Shown: in pieces, positions 59,035-64,000 of the stretch | How the letters are laid out: every line of letters starts with the position of its first letter | Position numbering within the stretch: position 1 is the stretch's first letter | NCBI GenBank assembly: GCA_964434255.1 | Contig: CAYSUL010000001.1 | Location: forward strand, 104,856 to 168,855 | Source of the DNA: an uncultured Candidatus Saccharibacteria bacterium | GTDB taxonomy: Bacteria; Patescibacteriota; Minisyncoccia; Phycocordibacterales; Phycocordibacteraceae | Direction: 5' to 3' | DNA length: 64,000 nucleotides | The notes under the pieces: model-generated | What the model was told of the DNA's origin: nothing | The model's input: only the letters and a program-made list of their open reading frames with translations | Database searches by the model: none | Made by a program: the position numbers and the translations under genes

Positions 59035-59108
59035 TGCGCCCGGCAGGGCACGATCCTGCGACCCCCCGGATATAAGCCGGGTGCTCTGACCAACTGAGCT
59101 ACGGGCGC
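59035..59108 (-). tRNA. tRNA-Ile (anticodon UAU), atypical A54/U58 T-loop
   Basis: Acceptor GCGCCCG/CGGGCGC, anticodon stem CCCGG/CCGGG with loop CUUAUAU. The D-arm and T-arm (GCAGG-ATCGTGC-CCTGC) are nearly identical to the CAU tRNA at 22121..22197. Confidence 0.65.
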
Positions 59109-59120
59109 TCCATCATGGAA

Positions 59121-59795
59121 TCACGGAGGTAAGTTCCGTGCAAATGTATCGCGAATACTTTCGAGGCATGCGTGCACATATTCGGATACATCGCGATTCC
59201 CATAGAGGATATTGCAGGTTCCATGAGTGAACCGTTGCGTGTAGGTAAGTCCGCTTCGGCTCGATGACTTGATGTATGGTTTTCGGAAAGCCGTTCTCGG
59301 CAGATCTAGTACCTCTGACCAATAATTCAATTCGGCTTCCGCATCCATGTCCTGATAAAGATGTATGCACACCTTCAATTTCTCTCTCGGCACGCCGAAC
59401 ATTTCCAGCCATTTGATAAAGAAGATCAATACCGCGGGATCCGTGTTCGATATAGCAGTAAGAGTATTCTGAGTCTTACTCCCTTCACCCCAATATAGAA
59501 ACAGGCCCGCTATGAACATTTCACGTTCGGACAGTGTAGAGACATCTTTCGCTGCGCGTTCATAGACTCCCTCAAGTCGTGTGCGTTTCTTCAGCGCCTT
59601 CGTCTCTCGACACTTCTCAATCCTGCGCTCACTCCATCCACGCAGCTCGTTGATTCGCTCTCGAGAAAGCGGATAGTCCTGCAACCAGATACTTAGTGTC
59701 CCCTTACTTACACCAAGCGCCGCTTTTATCTGGCTGTAGCTCATCTGCTGCATCCGCATTTCAAGCGCTCGCGCCTTTAATTCTCGTTTAGCCAT
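59121..59795 (-). CDS. HTH domain protein with LAGLIDADG-like (GLFLYWGEG) motif; putative homing endonuclease (paralog of 22175..22876)
   Basis: Collinear similarity to the 22175..22876 product (MAKxE..., LSIWLQD, FIAGLFLYWGEGSK, ISNTDP, WSEVLDLP). Low GC. Located 13 nt upstream of tRNA-Ile(UAU). Confidence 0.45.
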   Translation of the reverse strand: MAKRELKARALEMRMQQMSYSQIKAALGVSKGTLSIWLQDYPLSRERINELRGWSERRIEKCRETKALKKRTRLEGVYERAAKDVSTLSEREMFIAGLFLYWGEGSKTQNTLTAISNTDPAVLIFFIKWLEMFGVPREKLKVCIHLYQDMDAEAELNYWSEVLDLPRTAFRKPYIKSSSRSGLTYTQRFTHGTCNILYGNRDVSEYVHACLESIRDTFARNLPP

Positions 59796-59914
59796 AGTAC
59801 TTAGGAGTAGTGCACACAAAGTACTAACTCCTAGTTCAAATATTCCTGGAGAAATAATAGGGGAAAGCTGAAAACCGCCGAGACATATGTCTCGGCGGTT
59901 TTCATGTGAGTTAC

Positions 59915-61888
59915 CTAAATGTCTATCTTCGGCGACTCCTCGTCCTCTTTCGTCTTGGGTGTTATGCCGTTCGCAATGAGGAGCTTCTCGAATTCCTCGC
60001 GTTCGAGCGTCTCCACTTCGACGAGCTTCTCCGCGATGGCGTCGAGTGCCTTGCGATGCTCGGTGAGGACACGCCGCGCGCTTTCTTTCGCCTCTTCGAT
60101 GATACGGGTGACCTCAGCATCTATCGTCGCGGACACGTTCTGCGAGTAGATAGCGTCGCTATGGGCGCGGTCTGCGGCGAACGCGACCGGCCCTATCTTA
60201 TCCGACATGCCGTAGCGGGCGACCATGTCGCGCGCGAGTCCCACGACCACCGCAAGGTCGTTGGATGGTCCTGTCGTGAGGTCATCGAATACCATCTCTT
60301 CCGCGACATAACCGCCGAGCGTTGCGGCAATGTCGTCGAGGAATTCTTTCTTCGACTGCATTCTCCTGTCCTCGAACGGAAGCTTGAGCGTGTAGCCGCC
60401 TGCGCGTCCGCGACTGATGATGGAAATCTTGTGCACTGGGTCAGCGTACGGAAGCACCGACGAGACAAGCGCGTGACCTCCTTCGTGGTATGCGGTGACG
60501 AGCTTCTCCTTCTTCGAGAGAAGGTGGCTCTTTCGTTCGGGCCCGAGCATCACCTTCTCGATGGAGCGGATGAGGTCGTACTGCGTTATCTCCTTGCGGT
60601 TCTCGCGTGCAGCCAGGATTGCGCCCTCGTTCATGAGCGAGTAGAGCTCAGCGCCCGAGAAGCCTGGCGTGCGTTCCGCGATGACTTCAAGGTTCACGTC
60701 AGGACCGAACGGCTTCTTGCGGGAATGCACGGAAAGTATCGCGAGACGGTCCTTGCGATCCGGAAGATCGAGCATGACGCGCCTATCGAAGCGACCAGGA
60801 CGAAGGAGCGCTGGGTCGAGCACATCAGGACGGTTGGTTGCCGCGAGGATGATGACTTTCTCGTTCGGATCGAATCCATCCATCTCGACGAGTATCTGGT
60901 TCAACGTCTGCTCGCGCTCGTCGTTGCCGCCGCCAACACCCGTGCCACGCACGCGACCTACCGCGTCTATCTCATCCACGAAGATGATTGCCGGAGCGAC
61001 CTTCTTCGCCATGTTGAAGAGGTCGCGCACACGTGACGCCCCGACTCCCACGAACATCTCCACGAACTCGGAGCCCGAGATGGAGAAGAACGGTACGCCT
61101 GCCTCGCCCGCAACAGCGCGCGCAAGCATCGTCTTTCCCGTTCCTGGGGCGCCCATGAGAAGAATGCCCTTCGGGATGCGTGCACCTATATCGAGGAACT
61201 TCTTCGGGTTCTTGAGGAAGTCCACGACTTCCATGAGCTCTTCCTTCGCCTCCTTCGCGCCTGCGACGTCTGCGAACAATATGCGCTGCGTCGTATCAGC
61301 CGGGTCTATCATCTTCGCCTTGGACTGACCGAAACTGAACGCTTGCATGCCCGCTCCGCGCACCTGGCGCGTGAGGAACCAGAAGAGGATAGCGAGGAAG
61401 AGGATGGGAAGAAGTATCGGCGCGAGGTTGAAGAACCAATACTTGAAGCCCGACTCCGTCGCGATGGTTATCTGCGTACGAGTGAGCTCCTCTGGAGTGA
61501 CGCCGTATACTGCGAGCGTCTCGGGAAGTCCCTGATCCGGGTCCTTCATCGACTTCTTCTCCGTGCCGTCCGCGTACGTGAGCAGAAGCTCGTTCCCTTC
61601 TATCTTCACGACGGTGAGCGAGCCCGCCTTCACGTCCTGTGCTACCTGCGAGAGCGCTATCTCCTCCTTCGCCTTATCTCCTCCGAACAAAAGGGAGAAG
61701 ATGCTCATTAAGAGAAGGAACACGAGCACCGTCGAAAGGAGGTTGCCCATGAAGCCTGGGGTGCCAGGCGTGAGGAAATTGCGCGGGCCCTTGCCCTTGC
61801 CTGGTTTCTTGCCGCTCCCCTTCTTTGCCGATCCACCAGTCGGTGGAGTATTCGGCGAGGCTTTCTTGTTTGGGGTGATGGATGCCAT
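59915..61888 (-). CDS. ftsH: ATP-dependent zinc metalloprotease FtsH
   Basis: Two N-terminal TM helices, AAA module ([11 protein letters not shown]) and the HEGGH zinc site. 657 aa. Confidence 0.92.
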   Translation of the reverse strand: MASITPNKKASPNTPPTGGSAKKGSGKKPGKGKGPRNFLTPGTPGFMGNLLSTVLVFLLLMSIFSLLFGGDKAKEEIALSQVAQDVKAGSLTVVKIEGNELLLTYADGTEKKSMKDPDQGLPETLAVYGVTPEELTRTQITIATESGFKYWFFNLAPILLPILFLAILFWFLTRQVRGAGMQAFSFGQSKAKMIDPADTTQRILFADVAGAKEAKEELMEVVDFLKNPKKFLDIGARIPKGILLMGAPGTGKTMLARAVAGEAGVPFFSISGSEFVEMFVGVGASRVRDLFNMAKKVAPAIIFVDEIDAVGRVRGTGVGGGNDEREQTLNQILVEMDGFDPNEKVIILAATNRPDVLDPALLRPGRFDRRVMLDLPDRKDRLAILSVHSRKKPFGPDVNLEVIAERTPGFSGAELYSLMNEGAILAARENRKEITQYDLIRSIEKVMLGPERKSHLLSKKEKLVTAYHEGGHALVSSVLPYADPVHKISIISRGRAGGYTLKLPFEDRRMQSKKEFLDDIAATLGGYVAEEMVFDDLTTGPSNDLAVVVGLARDMVARYGMSDKIGPVAFAADRAHSDAIYSQNVSATIDAEVTRIIEEAKESARRVLTEHRKALDAIAEKLVEVETLEREEFEKLLIANGITPKTKEDEESPKIDI

Positions 61889-61932
61889 TTTTTGAGCTTA
61901 CTTCCCGACACTATACAATAAGGCGAATTGCT

Positions 61933-62802
61933 ATGGAAACGATGAAGAGAGAGCCTATCGCCATCATCACATCAGGTGGCGGCATGAAATGCGCGTATTC
62001 AGCGGGCGCTCTCGTCGCGCTCGCGAAAGAACTGAAGCTCACCTCGCCCGACATCTTCGTCTCGGCATCGGGCTCGGTGGGCGCCATGTTCTACTACCTC
62101 GCCGGCCAGTACGACGACATAGAGAAAGCGTGGACGCGGTATCTTCCCTCTCCGCAGTTCATCCGGTACGCACCATTCCCTGCGCTCCGAATCAATTACA
62201 TGGTCGATACCGTCCTCAAGCAATATCTCCCGCTCGATGTCGAGAAGGCGGAAGCGAGCAAGACGAAGTTCCTCGTGCCAGTCACCGATATACGCTCCGG
62301 CGATACACGCTTCATCGGCAATGACCTCTGGCTCAACCCGTACGAAGTGATGCGTGCCGCCACCGCGATACCGCTTCTGTATAACGGGCATGTGAATCTG
62401 GGCAGTCACAGCTATCTCGATGGCGATTTCACGACCGGTATCGCCGACCTCATCACGGCCGCCATCAACGCCGGAGCGAAGCGCATCGTCTGCATCACGA
62501 ACACCGACGCGCCCACGAAGGTGGGCAAGGCCATCCTTCGGGTATATGGAGCGCTTCTCTCTCCGGGGCTGCGCCGTGCGCTCCTGCGCGATATGGCGAT
62601 GACGCAGGATATCGAATGGCCCGGCGGCATCAAGTTCTCGCTCATCTCCCCCACCTCTCCGCTCCCGACCGTGCTGTATAGCAGGGAGCGCAGGAAGGTG
62701 GTCGAGGCGTTCACGATGGGATACGAGGACTTGCTCGCGAAGCGCGAGGAGATAGAGGAGCTATTCGGTGCCGAGCCCACTCGCGATACAGTATCGGTAT
62801 GA
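61933..62802 (+). CDS. Patatin-like phospholipase family protein
   Basis: Oxyanion GGGMKCAYSAG and nucleophile elbow (SASGSVGA), with a downstream Asp in a DGG/DGD context. Confidence 0.5.
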   Translation: METMKREPIAIITSGGGMKCAYSAGALVALAKELKLTSPDIFVSASGSVGAMFYYLAGQYDDIEKAWTRYLPSPQFIRYAPFPALRINYMVDTVLKQYLPLDVEKAEASKTKFLVPVTDIRSGDTRFIGNDLWLNPYEVMRAATAIPLLYNGHVNLGSHSYLDGDFTTGIADLITAAINAGAKRIVCITNTDAPTKVGKAILRVYGALLSPGLRRALLRDMAMTQDIEWPGGIKFSLISPTSPLPTVLYSRERRKVVEAFTMGYEDLLAKREEIEELFGAEPTRDTVSV

Positions 62803-63245
62803 GCCTCATACAGAACAAGAAAGCGCACCTGCGGTTCGAGGTACTCGAGTCGTATGTCGCGGGCATGGAGCTTACCGGCGGCGAAGTGAAGAGTTTGCGT
62901 GCTAAGCATGGCTCTCTTGAAGGGGCTCGGGTGATAGTCCGAGGCGGCGAGGCGTACGTGGCCGGCATGACTATTCCCCCATACCAGGTGAAGAACACAC
63001 CCGAGGCGTATGACCCGGAGCACGTGCGCCGCCTGCTCCTTTCCAAGAAGGAAATAAGCGAGCTTTCTGACGCAGAGTCCAAGAAGGGCTTGACAGTAGT
63101 GCCTTTGGAAGTGTATAATAGTGGGAGGTACCTGAAGCTCAAGGTCGCTATCGTGCGCGGCAAAGGAAAAGCCGATAAACGAGAGGACTTGAAGCGAGCG
63201 GACGCCAAGCTCGACATCGAGCGGGCGCTTCGCGGGAAGAAATAA
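62799..63245 (+). CDS. smpB: SsrA-binding protein SmpB
   Basis: 148 aa with conserved SmpB motifs (GxEVKS, basic C-terminal tail). Directly precedes the tmRNA. Confidence 0.85.
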   Translation: MSLIQNKKAHLRFEVLESYVAGMELTGGEVKSLRAKHGSLEGARVIVRGGEAYVAGMTIPPYQVKNTPEAYDPEHVRRLLLSKKEISELSDAESKKGLTVVPLEVYNSGRYLKLKVAIVRGKGKADKREDLKRADAKLDIERALRGKK

Positions 63246-63292
63246 GCGGGCCAGTCGCGTTCCGGACACCATCTCCTGATAGTGTCCGGAAC

Positions 63293-63699
63293 GGGGGTGA
63301 CCGGCTTTGACGGTCTGTACTTTGAGAGACGTGCGACGCGATGGAAGATTGCTGACCATCTAAATCCCGCAATCAACCAATACTTGCAAACAAAACTGTT
63401 GCAAGCGTAAAGTCTCCGTACTTCGGTAAGGAAAGCTTTGCGTTCGCTTACGCGTAAAAGCTTCGCGCTTTCGCCTAAGCGACGTCTTTTTCTCTCGGTT
63501 CTCGTAGCGAGGGGAAGGGGCGGAATCTTCTACGGGATCGGCTCGTGCTCTCCTAGGCACCGAGCTTAAACAACAGGATCAGGAAGGAGCGTTTTCGCTA
63601 GCGTTCTTATTCTCCTTCTGAAGCATCAACACTAGCTATGCGTCGTAGATTCGTCCTCAAAGCCAGATTCGGACCGGAGTTCAACTCTCCGCACCTCCA
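63293..63699 (+). ncRNA. ssrA: tmRNA (SsrA)
   Basis: 5' GGGGGUGACCGGCUUUGACGG resembles the tmRNA 5' end. The 3' tRNA-like T-arm GGAGTTCAACTCTCC is followed by acceptor CACCUCC-A-CC, giving the alanine determinant G3-U70. An internal tag ORF appears to end ...FAFAYA-stop. Located after smpB. Confidence 0.7.
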
Positions 63700-63796
63700 C
63701 CTAGTTTCACTAAAGGCCTCGAAAGAGGCCTTTAGTGTTGGCGTGTCTTGATGGATTGGAGGTTCTAATCTTTCGCAGCAACCTCTAAAAATTCCC

Positions 63797-64000
63797 CTAC
63801 CTCTCAGCCACAAAGATTGCATCCATGCCGTTCCTGAAAATTCGTTCTATCTTCTTAAACTCATACTTTTCTAAGAAAGCTTTTTGTTCACTTTCGGTGA
63901 ATTTAATCTTCTCGTCTTGAAGGTAATGCTTAGTCCATTCTTCTTTGACGTCCGGCCTTCCTATTTCGTCGTACACCTCGAACGCCTCAATCTGCTCCTG
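63797..64000 (-). CDS. Partial CDS (C-terminal 68 codons; runs off window), low-GC, hypothetical
   Basis: Open frame from the window edge to TAG at 63797-63799 (…KIERIFRNGMDAIFVAER*). GC about 40% versus about 60% background. Lies directly 3' of ssrA. Confidence 0.3.
   Translation of the reverse strand, partial: QEQIEAFEVYDEIGRPDVKEEWTKHYLQDEKIKFTESEQKAFLEKYEFKKIERIFRNGMDAIFVAER

Noticed and set aside
63360-63822. Small minus-strand ORFs (63360..63560, 63607..63822)
   Set aside because: They lie within or antisense to the tmRNA gene.

Overview
This is a high-GC (about 60%) bacterial chromosomal window with standard genetic code usage: RF2 is present and TGA/TAA/TAG terminate the called genes. 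Gene content suggests a small-genome monoderm lineage, possibly Patescibacteria/CPR-like, but this is low confidence. The main blocks are as follows.

- **Copper homeostasis locus (2.5-7.5 kb):** csoR-copA-HMA/DsbD-like-cupredoxin on the minus strand, diverging from DUF305 + cupin genes across a 21-bp palindromic CsoR-type operator.
- **Cell-wall and miscellaneous genes:** an L,D-transpeptidase, a C39-like peptidase and a PG-binding acidic repeat protein.
- **Housekeeping block:** pyrG-ftsX-ftsE-prfB, with prfB lacking the programmed frameshift.
- **tRNA island (19.5-22.9 kb):** tRNA-Thr(CGT), tRNA-Thr(GGT), a tRNA-Asp(GUC) interrupted by a 208-nt group I intron, and tRNA-Met(CAU). Low-GC nuclease genes are interleaved: an HNH endonuclease, an EEP nuclease and an HTH+LAGLIDADG-like ORF.
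- **Two-component system, CaCA antiporter, membrane-anchored NirK and ArsR regulator.**
- **B12-dependent ribonucleotide reductase module:** NrdJ followed by a putative B12-capture module (small membrane protein, DUF4430 protein, transcobalamin-like DUF4430 + alpha6/alpha6-barrel surface protein).
- **Sulfur cluster:** ArsR-rhodanese-MBL.
- **Initiator tRNA, then gatCA and ligA.**
- **Type IV pilus locus:** four minor pilins, pilD, two tandem major pilins, pilC, pilT, a CheY-like regulator, pilB, pilONM and a divergent comFC.
- **Further genes:** tRNA-Ser, NUDIX hydrolase, malic enzyme, a peptidoglycan amidase and recG.
- **Second cassette (59.0-59.8 kb):** a paralogous low-GC HTH+LAGLIDADG-like ORF directly upstream of a tRNA-Ile(UAU).
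- **3' end:** ftsH, a patatin-like gene, smpB and tmRNA (ssrA, with G3-U70), then a sharp drop in GC consistent with an island integrated at ssrA.

The most unusual signal is the pair of paralogous low-GC cassettes, each an HTH/LAGLIDADG-like ORF followed by a tRNA. Both tRNAs have an atypical A54/U58 T-loop (CAU and UAU anticodons), and the first cassette sits next to the intron-containing tRNA-Asp.
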